The position numbers were made by a program, and so were the translations under genes. From assembly GCF_004010195.1 (NCBI RefSeq), contig NW_025215140.1, positions 1 through 37,070 on the forward strand: 37,070 bases of DNA, in the 5' to 3' direction. The notes beneath the pieces were generated by a model. That model was not told the origin of the DNA, ran no database searches, and saw nothing but the letters and a program-made list of their open reading frames with translations. This DNA is from Chiloscyllium plagiosum (lineage: Eukaryota). Below, piece by piece: positions 10,309 to 20,531 of this stretch (the stretch's first letter is position 1; every line of letters starts with the position of its first letter).

Positions 10309-11010
10309 AGGCGACAGAAGCTGTCGCATTTATTCTCAATGAAACCACTTATGCATTTCATTTTGGTTCACTTTCGCTGCACATGAGTTTCTCGTTGTCT
10401 TCGAGGTTTATTTTAACACCATAGGAAAATACCATTCGGCCCATCGTACAGTATGGCTCATCAGATAGCCATCTGTTTTCGATCCAGTGTCCACAATACC
10501 TTGTATGTTCTGATGTTTTCAACGCAAAATTCAGAAAAGATTATCCCTGTGATCTTAAACGAGACAACAATGGGAGTGAGTTATACACCGTCATACTGAA
10601 GTGAAATCCCCTCGAGCAACTCATTCACATTTTCACCCATAGGGTGAGCCACAGACACACATGCCCAGAGGTTGGTGGGGAGGAAATGGGCAGAGGTTTC
10701 ATGATTATACCAGCTCCTTGTGCTTCAGTTCCGCTCTCCACCTACATAAGACCCCGCCTCCAGCACCCCCCCCCCAACCCACACCCACACCCACACCCAC
10801 ACACACACGTTTCTCCGACAAAAGGCAGCTTTAGGTGCAACTAAAGCCAGTTTTACAGACAATGAAAGACGTTACGATGAGCTGGAATTTAAAACGGACA
10901 AATGCCTCACTGATCCAAAGTCTGCAGCTCCTCAAATTCTGTCGCACATTGAGGTGCAATACTCCCAAATTCGGGACCCACTGATCCAATCCCTGCAGCA
11001 CATTGCACAC

Positions 11011-11070
11011 AAATCAGGAAGGATTCGAACCATCAAAAGTCAGAGGCATTATCCATTATGTCACTGGGCC
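11011..11070 (-). pseudogene. tRNA-Arg pseudogene with the anticodon region deleted
   Basis: The minus strand reads ggcccagtgacataatggataatgcctctgactt/ttgatggttcgaatccttcc. It has the Arg-type D arm (taatggataa..gc.tctgact) and the B box ggttcgaatcc, with about 12 nt missing. Confidence 0.65.
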
Positions 11071-11628
11071 AACGGCAGCCGGAGTTACGACAGGTAGTCG
11101 ATATGAAATGGAAACATGGACTTCAGGGGAAACCGTATTCACAAGGTGAACAATCAGTAAAAATAATTATCGTCACTGCTCCACATCGGATGCCCCACTT
11201 CGTGAAGCAATGTCTTTCAATGGCCAAGGATACATATTTGCCCTCAGGTACTTGCTTCAGGGTCGCCTGCGCCTCTGCTGGAAGTTGCCATCATTTCATT
11301 CAGCCACTCCGCGATTTTTTGATCCACTCCAGTGAAATATCTTTTCATACCTTGCATCATGGCCTCTTCCGGTCAAGACCCTGAGCCAGTCCAGAGAGAA
11401 ACCTCTGTTGGTTTGAATCCCAGGATGGAGAATCAGACTAGATGAACAGCGACTTTTAGTGGTGGAATCCCTTCAGTGGAATCTCACGCCTCAAAACCTG
11501 TTCTGCACATTCCTGCATTACACCTACTGACCAAAATCAGATCACCACAGCTCCACTTTCTTTACTTTGAAACCCAAGGCGATCATATGAAGCGTTTGCA
11601 AACTTGAAGAGAGAAACGTTGTGGTTAT

Positions 11629-11921
11629 TAGATTAGATTACAGTGTGGAAACAGGCCCTTCGGCCCAACAAGTCCACACCAACCCGCCGAAGCGAAACTT
11701 ACCTAACACTACGGGCAATTTAGTATGGCCAATTCACCTAACCTGCACATCTTTGTGACTGTGGGAGGAAACCGGAGCACCCGGAGGAAACCCACGCAGA
11801 CACGGGGAGAACATGCAAACTCCACACAGTCAGTCGCCTGAGTCGGGAATTGAACCCGGGTCTCTGGCGCTGCGAGGCAGCAGTGCTAACCACTGTGCCA
11901 CTGTGCCACCGTGCCGCCCAC
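11629..11921 (-). mobile_element. HE1-type (V-SINE) tRNA-derived SINE, near full length
   Basis: The minus-strand head gggcggcacggtggcacagtgg...ttagcactgctgcctc...gggttcaattcc carries A and B boxes. It has the V-domain-like core (ggaggaaaccggagcacccggaggaaacccacgcagacac on +) and a HER1-derived tail with (tctaa)n. Candidate TSD ggttat at 11623-11628 and 11922-11927. Confidence 0.9.
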
Positions 11922-12194
11922 GGTTATGAAGGGATGGACAGGCACAAGGGTGTGCACAATTCAGGTCGCTTTGGATACTGTCAGCATTACCGAGGGCCCG
12001 TGCTGAGGAGTCAAAGTTTGTATCATCCAGACATGGATACAGTTCCCATTCAGGGAATGAAGGTTTAATTCTCTTCATGTGAATTGTCTGACTGAAAACG
12101 CATTCCTAGTTCCACACAGAAGACCTACCGGGATCCCTCCAGAATCAGCCCAGTGATTGGTGAACCATGTAGAAGGACAATGACAGCGGACAGA

Positions 12195-12440
12195 TACGAT
12201 AGTGACCCCTTCAAATCTCCCTCCAATCATCTCACCTTCCTGAGTTGGAAATATGTTGGTGTTCCTTCAGTGTCTCTGGGTGTAAATCCAGGAAATCCCG
12301 CGCTTGCAGCATAATGGCTGTACCTCTGTGTGAAGGAGTTCAATGGTTCACAAAAGCAACTCATCTCCTCCATCTCTGGGGGATTTAGGGATGGACAGCG
12401 AGTCCTATTCCATTAAGTGATATCTTTATCCCAGGAATGC
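12195..12440 (+). mobile_element. Diverged 3' end of the LINE family seen at 326-580
   Basis: ttggaaatatgttggtgttccttcagtgtctctgggtgtaaatccagga...caaaagcaactcatc aligns with 393-515. Confidence 0.65.
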
Positions 12441-12763
12441 GTTCCTAAATGTGGTAGGTTCCAATCGGTAGTAAGTTGGGAATGGAGCAGGGAAGTGAAA
12501 TTGACGTGAATGACAATGATGACTGGGAGGCATGAGGCAGGAAGTGAGTCTGGTTCTGGTGGTGCAAGGCTCAGTGTCGCTGCTCAAGGGTCAGTCTTTA
12601 CTGCAAACTGTTTACATTGGCTCACACACCATTCCTGGTCAATTCATGGCAATGACACTGTATCTCTTCGTGTGACATTCCCTCTGAGTGTATTAAAGCC
12701 GTCAATACGCCGCAAGAGGATAAAAAAGGTTCCCTTTGTCCTGTCAGCTTAAACACATACAAA

Positions 12764-14160
12764 TATCTGTTTGAAACCAATGCAAGAGAAGACTGCCCTT
12801 TTATGTGCTTTTGCATTGAAGAATGTTCAATCGTGAAATGTCTGATTTTGCAAAAGCGGGGTTTGATTGCAAATCACACTGAGTAAAATTGATACAGAAA
12901 TGTATTTCCGAGTTACTGTGGTCATGTGGTTAATGAACTGCACATACGGACGTCGCTTAGTTATTCAAAACACCTCCTTTGTAAGAAGCTGACCATAGGG
13001 TCCAATCGCAGCTGCGTCCGCTTGTTGTATTGAAGGCTCGTAGGTTCACCTTTTATTAAGTGTCATGTTGCTGATGAAGCGACTCAGCATCCTGTCTTAG
13101 TTCGAGCCTGTTATGGTTTTTTCCCTGGTTTAGTTCCAGCAGTGCATGTTGTTCTTCCTAACCAATACACCAACTTGGAATTTCTTGCCGCTGTTCCAAA
13201 AGCACTCCTTCTTCTCCTCCACTTTTATTCTCCCTCCTTCATGCCATGTTTGGTGGGAATAGCGAGGTGAGGCAGGAGACACTGCAGGAAAGCCGTGGGA
13301 TGTTGTAGTCATGGCACAGAAACCACGAGTGGATCACCCTTATTCTCTGCTGTCGCCATTCATTCATTTTACAGCATCATTAATGCTTCCATATTCTCCT
13401 ATAGTTGTAGTTTTTGTTCAATTGGATAAGGAATGCAACTTTAATTTCAAAAAGGTTACAATATTTTGAGGAAGAAATGGTTTCTTATGTCACATCCAAG
13501 TGGCAGACGTATTATCCGTAGAATGTGAGCCAAGTTGTACAGTCTCGTGCCAGGTTCCAGAAAACCTCTCAGCAGCTCCATTCTCAAACTATCCCTAAAC
13601 GTCAGGCTTTTCATAGAGTAGGAATGGGAAATGAGGGTTATTGGCAAAAAAGGGTCAAAGAATATGAAAAAAGAGTGAGGTAGATACACAGAGATAAAGA
13701 CAGGAAATTAGAGGCCCATCTGGAGGTAAACACTGAACGAATCAGATCTCGGGTCGACATGGCTGCTAAGTGGCAAAAAATAAAAGATCTTGATAACAAT
13801 CCTCATTCGACAGATAAAACTGACCATTATCCCGGCATTGTGGTCTAGAAATGAAGAACTAATCTGGTTCTGTCGTTGTGTACCATTGTCTCTGTTTCTC
13901 TCCACAGATGTTGCCAGGACTATTCAGTTTGCGCGTCAATTCTTGTTTTTGTTTCAGATTTCCAACATCTGCATCTCTTCGTTTTCTGTTCAACTTTAAA
14001 ACCGATGTTCTGCCAACTTTGGAAAAGTGGTCAGAAATATTCTTACCACGATGTGTGTGCAGAACAAAGCACGCATTCCTTGACTGGGAATAGAACCCGC
14101 GTCACGGCGGCGAGAGCGCCAAATGCTGGCTACTAGACTACAAGGGAAGGCAGAAGGCGC
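12764..14160 (+). repeat. Copy B of the duplication of 8741-10320
   Basis: See copy A. Both copies also contain an old PLE-terminus remnant (~9960-10100 and ~13845-13985) and end in a tRNA-Glu relic. Confidence 0.85.
14076..14147 (-). pseudogene. tRNA-Glu(CTC) pseudogene, full length (72 nt)
   Basis: The minus strand reads tcccttgtagtctagtagccagcatttggcgctCTCgccgccgtgacgcgggttctattcccagtcaaggaa. By hand it has about 14 differences from the recalled vertebrate tRNA-Glu-CTC, including D-loop GG and T-loop TTCGA changes. Confidence 0.85.
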
Positions 14161-14616
14161 CCTTACATTTATCCAGAAAACTGAATTAGTGACTTTATGA
14201 GAGCATGAGTCAAGCAGTTCATCTGAGGATGTAAAGCTTCTCATTCCTGTTGTTGACTGAATGAGCAGTAACCATGCCTTCTGCTTGGGAACTCGAATAT
14301 GTGAACTGCTCCAAACCATGACTGAGGTTTTCTGGTTTTGGTTCACGCAGGTTTAGAAATGCCAGGATCCAAATGAGGCGTTTCAGAGCCTACTTTGGGA
14401 TACATTTGACAGAGATGACATCAGGTAACCAGTGTTCGCTGTGACACGAGCCAATGAGAGCTTACCTTGTCACTGAACCAGGCTGCCTTCACATGTAAAG
14501 CAAATGCGATAGTTTTGGTGCAGAAAGGATCAGTGCTGGTAACTGTACCCTTAAAATGGACGGCAGGAGAAGATCTACAATTCGACTCATATCGTCGACC
14601 CAGGAGGAGAGAAACT

Positions 14617-14728
14617 TAGTTGAGAGTGTGGTGCTGGAAAAGCACATCCGGTCAGGCAGCATCCGAGCAGCAGGAGAACCGCCGTTTGTTTTCGGAGCGT
14701 TTCATCATCTCCAGCCCTCACTTTATCC
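14617..14728 (-). mobile_element. Short non-coding PLE terminal element with an inverted tail and 13-bp TSD
   Basis: Flanked by gaggagagaaact at 14604-14616 and 14729-14741. A reversed pLTR ends at a degenerate hammerhead (ttcatca near 14701) and is followed by forward tctccagccctcacttt. Confidence 0.75.
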
Positions 14729-14895
14729 GAGGAGAGAAACTGAACAAAGTTTGACCCAGCAATTAATCGGAATGGTATTCCTTTTCACCATGGCAGCAGA
14801 TGTGGGCTTGCAAATTCAAAGCCAGGTTTGCAGATGAGAACAACCAGCTGGAACGCTCCATTCCCACCAATCCACCTGTCCCAAGGGAACAAAGT

Positions 14896-14967
14896 AGCTC
14901 CTGCCTGGTTTGAACTAGAGATGTTTCGGGTGTGACCCAAATGGAACAACGAGGTCCCAACCGAGCC
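14896..14967 (-). pseudogene. Degenerate tRNA-Val(CAC)-like relic
   Basis: ctgcctggtttgaactagagatgtttcgggtgtgacccaaa resembles the reverse complement of tRNA-Val (ccgcccggtttcgaaccggggacctttcgcgtgtgaggcgaa). Confidence 0.55.
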
Positions 14968-15979
14968 ACCGAGCCAGCTGCTCTTCATCCAACACTGACA
15001 TTTCCGTTCCGAATAGACCAATGTTGGCCAGTGTTATTAGCATGATTGAAAAAAATAAAGGATATCACGTGAAAATGCTCAGGAAATACTGACAAACAGG
15101 TTGCCAGGTTTGCCGAGTTTGGAAAGTAGGGCGAGGCTGAATAGGCCCGGGCAATTATCCTTGTAGCGCCGAGACAGAGGAATGTTCATAACTGCACTCT
15201 TAAACAGGATGGCCAGCAGGGCTGTAGACATCGCTACATATTCACGGCCACAGCGCAGTGACATTTGAAAAGAAATTCACGCAGCAGTTATTTGGAATTA
15301 TACTTCTTTTCACCACTAGAGTAGTGATGGGCGAGTTTTGCTGATGAGGCGCAATAAAGTCCCATCGATCACCATCTGGAAAACTATCACCCTTGAAGCG
15401 GGAACAACAATATTTCTGCTCAGCTCTGAACGAGGCCACTTTCTGCAGAAACTGATGCTTCTACTCTCCAGAAAGGTATCAGGGCCCGCCGACTGCATTC
15501 TTCAAAATAGTGATTATCTGTGCTGGAAACATCCACCTGTATTCTGAACAAGGAAGAATGTGTATCGAATAAAACCGTACATGGCAATTAATTGGACTTG
15601 CATTCCCTTTCACGATAACGGCAGGGATGGGCAGGGATATACAGAGTAAAGTTTACTGACCAGGTCAGAAAGCAATTATCTCCACCTATGTTCACACACA
15701 AGCCGATCGTTCTTACTGCCCGGATATTTGAAGGACCAATCCTTCCCATGGGAGCTGAAGGTGATAACTGCTCCCCCGCACAAACACAGTGGGGCCAGAG
15801 ACCTGATCGAGATGTCCCCCAGCGGTTATTGCGTTGTTCAGAACAGATTGGGTTTGCCGTGCAGGACTGAACCTCAGCTCGATCACCCAGAGACACGGTG
15901 TAACAGCCACCGGCAGATGTGAAGGGGTTTGGGACGGATGCAGACCCAGTCCGGGAATAAAGACTGGGTCCTAAATTCA

Positions 15980-16100
15980 GGGGGAATGAGTGTTACAGGG
16001 AGAAGACTGGAGAATGGGATTGAGAGCGATATTAGCCATGATCGAATGGCAGAGCAGACTATGGGCTGCAAGCTCTAACCGTCATCCTATACCTTCCGGT
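15980..16100 (+). mobile_element. Diverged CR1-type 3' tail
   Basis: gggagaagactggagaatggg...ttagccatgatcgaatggcagagcagact.tgggctg resembles a CR1 3' UTR. Confidence 0.55.
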
Positions 16101-17003
16101 CTCTGGGCATCTGGTATCTAAGGAAATAGAAACAGAGTTAATTGTTCATTTCCAAGTTCTTCGGTCATAAATGGGCAAAGTGAGAGATGGGACAGATCTG
16201 ATACAAATTTAAAAGCTGGGAAAATGGTTGGAGAGGAAAATAAAATAAAACAGAAGCTGAGTATAAAGTTGGAAGTCAGAAGATAGTCAATAAAAAGGAA
16301 GAGTGCACAATCCAGAAGGAGATGGACATGCAAAAAGAAATGTCACTAGTCCCGAAGTCTTAACACTTTTCCTTTCCAAAATGCGAGCAGACCTGCTGAG
16401 ATTTTCCAGCAATTTCATTTGTTGGTTCCGAAACAAAAGATGGGAGTGATCCTGGACCAATCAACTCTCCCATGCTCTGGGGATGTGAGACTTATCCGTT
16501 CACCCAGATCACTTCTGTCCCACTGTGAAACCTCACAATCCTGCCCCACCGCCACCCCTGTTACTGACAATAAACTGTTCATTACCGTGAACCCCCATGA
16601 GCACACAAGATCATTTTCTGTGTGAATTGTGAAACGTTCAGGGCGAGTTCCCTTCGGTTTCCGTCAGAACGGTCTGAATCACTTCATTTTGGTTCAGGAC
16701 CATTTGACATTGAGCGGTCACTGTCAGACCCCCACAACAAGTAACCATTCGCGTTCTGTGTCTCTGAGCACTTTGTTTGGTGCACGTTGGGAGTGGACAC
16801 CATTCATCGCATATCAATTCATCGTATATTCGGCCGCACTGATAAACTTGTCTCTGGCACTTCCAGGAAAGTGGAGACAGCTTTCACTCAGAAACTGACG
16901 TGTGATCAAACACAGTCGGATCGACGTGTCAAAAACGACCCCTGCACTGGGTTGCAATCCTGCAAGTGGAGCGGAGGGCTGGATTTCTTTAAAGGAGTGA
17001 AAG

Positions 17004-17076
17004 GGCCCATCGTGAGGCTTGAACGTACGGCCCTGAAATTAAGCATCATATGCCGTACCGACTAAAGTAGCTGGGC
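17004..17076 (-). pseudogene. tRNA-Lys(CTT) pseudogene, full length (73 nt)
   Basis: The minus strand gcccagctactttagtcggtacggcatatgatgCTTaatttcagggccgtacgttcaagcctcacgatgggcc is collinear with tRNA-Lys-CTT. Its stems are disrupted. Confidence 0.85.
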
Positions 17077-17782
17077 CTGGCTCACGATTGATTAGTGTGT
17101 CATTTGATACTGAGCATATTTCACCTGGCATTGCAATTTGCAAGGATCCAGTTCATTCCTCCCAATCACAAATGTCATCATCCACACTTTCCATTTCTCA
17201 GCTAGTATTCCTTCAAAACATTATTATCTATTTAGCACTTGTCTCTGGATTTAAGATTCAATATAAATATTGTCATATTTTTATCCTCATCATTAGGTGG
17301 CCGGATGATTCCCAGTCACTCTGGCAGACGGTAAATCAATAGGGAAATTCCCGAAGGAAACGCAATCATTCCTGGTTCGGGTGTAAGGAATTCCACCTGC
17401 TTACGAGACAGGGTCCTCACAGTCAGCACTTTCTCTATCCTTCCTGCCAACAACTTTCCCCACTTCTTACTTGCGAGACAGGAGTTTTGTTTATGAAACA
17501 TTCCAAGGACAGGAACAATCTTCTGAAGCCGTTCCCAATTTAAACTGGAATTGTTGTCCCTCTCACACGGGAAGAGCCGTTCCTGGGGAAGGATTTTCCA
17601 TGTGCTGTGTCCCAGGGCTGAGCAGTAAGCCGCTGATTGAAGCTGCAGTAGCCGCTTTCTGTTGGCAGCGGGGCCTTGGAGAGATTGGGGCCACATCCAC
17701 CTGCGGACTCTGCTGAGTTATCGTGGTTGCAGGGTCGGTACATGGTTGGTCTCAATGCTTGAACTGAAATCATTGAGGCTCG

Positions 17783-17849
17783 GTGCTAAGGGCAGGCTCG
17801 AACCACCAAACTTTCAGCCAAACGTGCTGACTATTTGAGACACAGAAAC
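17783..17849 (-). pseudogene. tRNA-Asn pseudogene lacking the anticodon loop
   Basis: The minus strand gtttctgtgtctcaaatagtcagcacgtttggctg/aaagtttggtggttcgagcctgccc aligns to GTCTCTGTGGCGCAATCGGTTAGCGCGTTCGGCTG(TTAACCG)AAAGGTTGGTGGTTCGAGCCCACCC. Confidence 0.7.
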
Positions 17850-18029
17850 TGGCACCAAACTTTCCACATATTCATCGTAAAGCAGTGCAGATGAGGGGGC
17901 TCCGACAGCAAAGGGTCCCACTGTTTTCAGAGTCAGTCTGGATTAGAGGCCTGATCGGCTGCAAACACAACAACGAAGACGTACAGGGCCTGCGAAGTTC
18001 CTCTGCCTGCAGAAGAACAACCGCGATCT

Positions 18030-18112
18030 TGGTAGCGGTGGGATTCGAACCGACGATTCGGTAGAGACTGGAGCTAAAAATCCAGCGCTTTAGACCACTC
18101 GGCCCCCCTACC
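18030..18112 (-). pseudogene. tRNA-Leu (TAG/AAG-type), probable pseudogene, 83 nt
   Basis: The minus strand reads ggtaggggggccgagtggtctaaagcgctggatttttagctccagtctctaccgaatcgtcggttcgaatcccaccgctacca. The B box and the anticodon stem ctgga/tccag are intact, the loop is 8 nt, and other stems have mismatches. Confidence 0.85.
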
Positions 18113-18364
18113 CGACAGGCAAGGTGCGGTCAAAATTGTCTTTACTAATGTTTCAGCGTCGCTTCACTTCAAGCACTAAGAGATCGTGCATTCAGTAACG
18201 AACGTGGTGCAATTTAGAAAGTATTTGAAATGGTTTGCAAGGTTTGCACTGTTTGGAAAATAGCACGAAGCTGAATAGGCTTCGACAGTTTTCCCTGGGG
18301 CTTCAGGGCTGAGGAATGGCGTTCCAGAATTTTATAAAGTCATGAGGCAGACGGTCAGAGAAAA

Positions 18365-19180
18365 GAGTCATACAGTTTTTGAGCTCAAGATTTCTACATG
18401 AATGCATGCAGTTTTTGAGCAAAGTACAATGTAACTCTCCAAGTACAAATTCATCCACAAAATATATGTGTGCATGTGGGTCTTTGTCTGTCTGTGTGTG
18501 TGTGTGTCTGTCTGGAGTCGGGGTTGTGAGTGTGGGAAAGTGTGTGTGTGTGTCTGTGTGTAGTGAGTGCAGAGTGTCTTAAGTCTGTGAGGGGGTGCAT
18601 GTGTGAGTGTGGGAGTGTGTGTGTCTATAAAGCTGTGCGTGGGTGTCAGTGTGCGCGTCTGTGTGTACCTGTGTCCGTGTGTGTGTCTGTGTGTGTGTGT
18701 GTGTGTTTCGTGCAATGGTGATCACCTGTAATGTGACATGAACCCAAGGTCCCGGTTGAGGCCCTCCCTATGGGTACCGAACTTAGCTATCAGCCTCTGC
18801 TCGGCCACTTTTCTCTACTGCCTGTCCCGAAGTCCACCTTGGAGGATGGTCACCCGAAGGTCCGAGGATGAATGTCCTGGACCGCTGATGGAAACCTCCT
18901 GTTGTGCGGTGCCCATTCAACTGTTGTCGTAGCCTTTGCTCGGTTTCCCCAACGTACCATGCCTCCGGGCATTCTTGCCTGCAACGTATAAGATAGACAA
19001 CGTTGGCTGAGTCACATGAGTACCTGCCGGGCAAAAGGTGGGATGTGATCCAATGCATAATAGTGGTATCCATGTCCACAATTAGACACGTCTTGCCGCA
19101 TGAATTTATGTAAAACTCCATTATCTCACTTTTTAGATTAGAATCAATCTAAACATCACGGCAGAGACAGAGAACACAGG
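18365..19180 (-). mobile_element. Penelope-like element fragment (GIY-YIG region plus CA-rich 3' part)
   Basis: ORF 18783-19121 encodes GRYSCDSANVVYLIRCRQECPEAWYVGETEQRLRQQLNGH, with the VVY...YVG GIY-YIG motifs and an upstream Cys linker as in Neptune-type PLEs. It has an internal deletion and a (GT)-rich tract at 18465-18705. Confidence 0.85.
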
Positions 19181-19184
19181 GGTG

Positions 19185-20531
19185 GATTCTGGATCAGTGG
19201 TGCTGGAAGAGCACAGCAGTTCAGGCAGCATCCAAAGAGCAGCAAAATCGACGTTTCGGGCAAAAACCCTTCATCAGGATTAAAGGCAGTGAGACTGAAG
19301 AGTGGAGAGATAAACTAGGGGAGGGTGGGGGTGGGGAGAAAGTAGCATAGAGTACAATGGGTGAGTGGGGGAGGGGATGAAGGTGATACGTCAGGGAGGA
19401 GAGGGTAGAGTGGATAGGTGGAAAAAGAGATAGGCAGGTAGGACAAGTCCGGACAACTCATGGGGACAGTGCTGAGCTGGAAGTTTGGAACCAGGGTGAG
19501 GTGGGGGAAGGAGAAATGAGGAAACTGTTGAAGTCCACATTGATGCCCTGGGGTTGAAGTTTTCCGTGGCGGAAGATGAGGCGTTCTTCCTCCAGGCGTC
19601 TGGTGATGAGGGAGGTGCGGTGAAGGAGGCCCAGGACCTCCATGTCCTCGGCAGAGTGGGAGGGGGAGTTGAAATGTTGGGCCACAGGTCGGTTGGTTGA
19701 TTGGTGCGGGTGTCCCGGAGATGTTCCATAAAGCGCTCTGCTGGGAGGCGCCCAGTCTCCCCAATGTAGAGGAGACCGCATCGGGAGCATTGGATACAAT
19801 AAATGATATTAGTGGATGTGCAGGTAAAACTTTGGTGGATGTGGAACGCTCCTTTAGGGGCTTGGATAGTGGTGAGGGAGCAGGTGTGGGCGCAGGTTTT
19901 ACAGTTCTTGCGGTGGCAGGGAAAGTGCCAGGCTGGGAGGGGGGCGTGGACCTGACCAGGTAGTGACGGAGGGAACGGTCTTTGCAGAAGGCGGAAAGGG
20001 GTGGTGAGAGAAATATATCCCTGGTGGTGGGGTCTTTTTTCAGTTGGCGGAAATGTCGGCGGATGATTTGGTTTATGTGAAGGTTGGTAGGGTGGAAGGT
20101 GAGCACCAGGGGTGTTTTGTCCTTGTTACGGTTGGAGGGGTGGGGTCTGAGAGCGGAGGTGCGCGATGTGGACGAGATGCGTTGGAGAGCATCTTTAACC
20201 ACGTGGGAAGGGAAATTGCGGTCTCTAAAGAAGGAGGCCATCTGGTGTGTTCTGTGGTGGAACTGGTCCTTCTGGGAGCAGATACAGCGGAGGCGGAGGA
20301 ATTGGGAATACGGGATGGCATTTTTGCAAGAGGTAGGGTGAGAAGAGGTGTAATCCAGGTAGCTATGGGAGTCGGTGGGTTTGTAAAAAATGTCAGTGTC
20401 AAGTCGGTCGTCATTAATGGAGATGGAGAAGACCGGGAAGGGGTGGGATGTGTCAGAGATTTTCCAGGTAAATTTAAGACCAGGGTGGAATGTGTTGGTG
20501 AAGTTGATGAATTGCTCAACCGCCTCACAGG
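19185..20531 (-). mobile_element. 5'-truncated, frameshifted Penelope-like element (RT C-terminus/thumb, GIY-YIG, 3' terminus)
   Basis: Encodes FINFTNTFHPGLKFT...TDIFYKPTDSHSYLDYTSSHP..CKNAIPYSQFLRLRCICS and, in another frame, PVAQHFNSPSHS...RRLEEERLIFR.GKLQPQGINVDF. Confidence 0.92.
19246..19281 (-). ncRNA. Minimal type I hammerhead ribozyme motif
   Basis: The minus strand reads aatc-CTGATGA-a-gggt-tttt-gccc-GAAA-cgtc-gatt. Stem I is 4 bp, stem II is 4 bp with one G-U, and the core is intact. Confidence 0.75.

Larger units (their letters stand above)
8741..10320 (+). repeat. Copy A of an old ~1.4-1.6-kb direct duplication (copy B at 12764-14160)
   Basis: Collinear matches: tatcagtttgaagccaatggaagag/tatctgtttgaaaccaatgcaagag; ttctgcttctcctcctccttt/tccttcttctcctccacttt; gtcaggcttttcaaagag/gtcaggcttttcatagag; aaattggtcagaaata/aaagtggtcagaaata. 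Confidence 0.85.

Noticed and set aside
9495..11435. Further tRNA relics (Asp-like ~9495-9570, Leu-like ~11240-11290 and ~11355-11430)
   Set aside because: Only scattered short matches, not distinguishable from chance by eye.
9046..13312. Similar peptides in ORFs 9046-9336 and 13130-13312 as a duplicated gene
   Set aside because: The DNA-level duplication explains the similarity. The frames are not preserved at their ends, and no domain is recognisable.
15341..15385. ctgatgaggcgcaataaagtcc as another hammerhead
   Set aside because: GAAA does not follow stem II, no stems I or III form, and it is not in a PLE terminus.
16900..16975. Possible Sm-class snRNA on the minus strand (gtttttgaca followed by a hairpin)
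   Set aside because: The Sm site lacks the AU4-6G consensus, and I see no similarity to U1, U2, U4 or U5 or any PSE.
18368..18721. His/Thr- and Cys/Val-rich ORFs (also 5740-5988)
   Set aside because: They are translations of (CA)n/(GT)n tracts.
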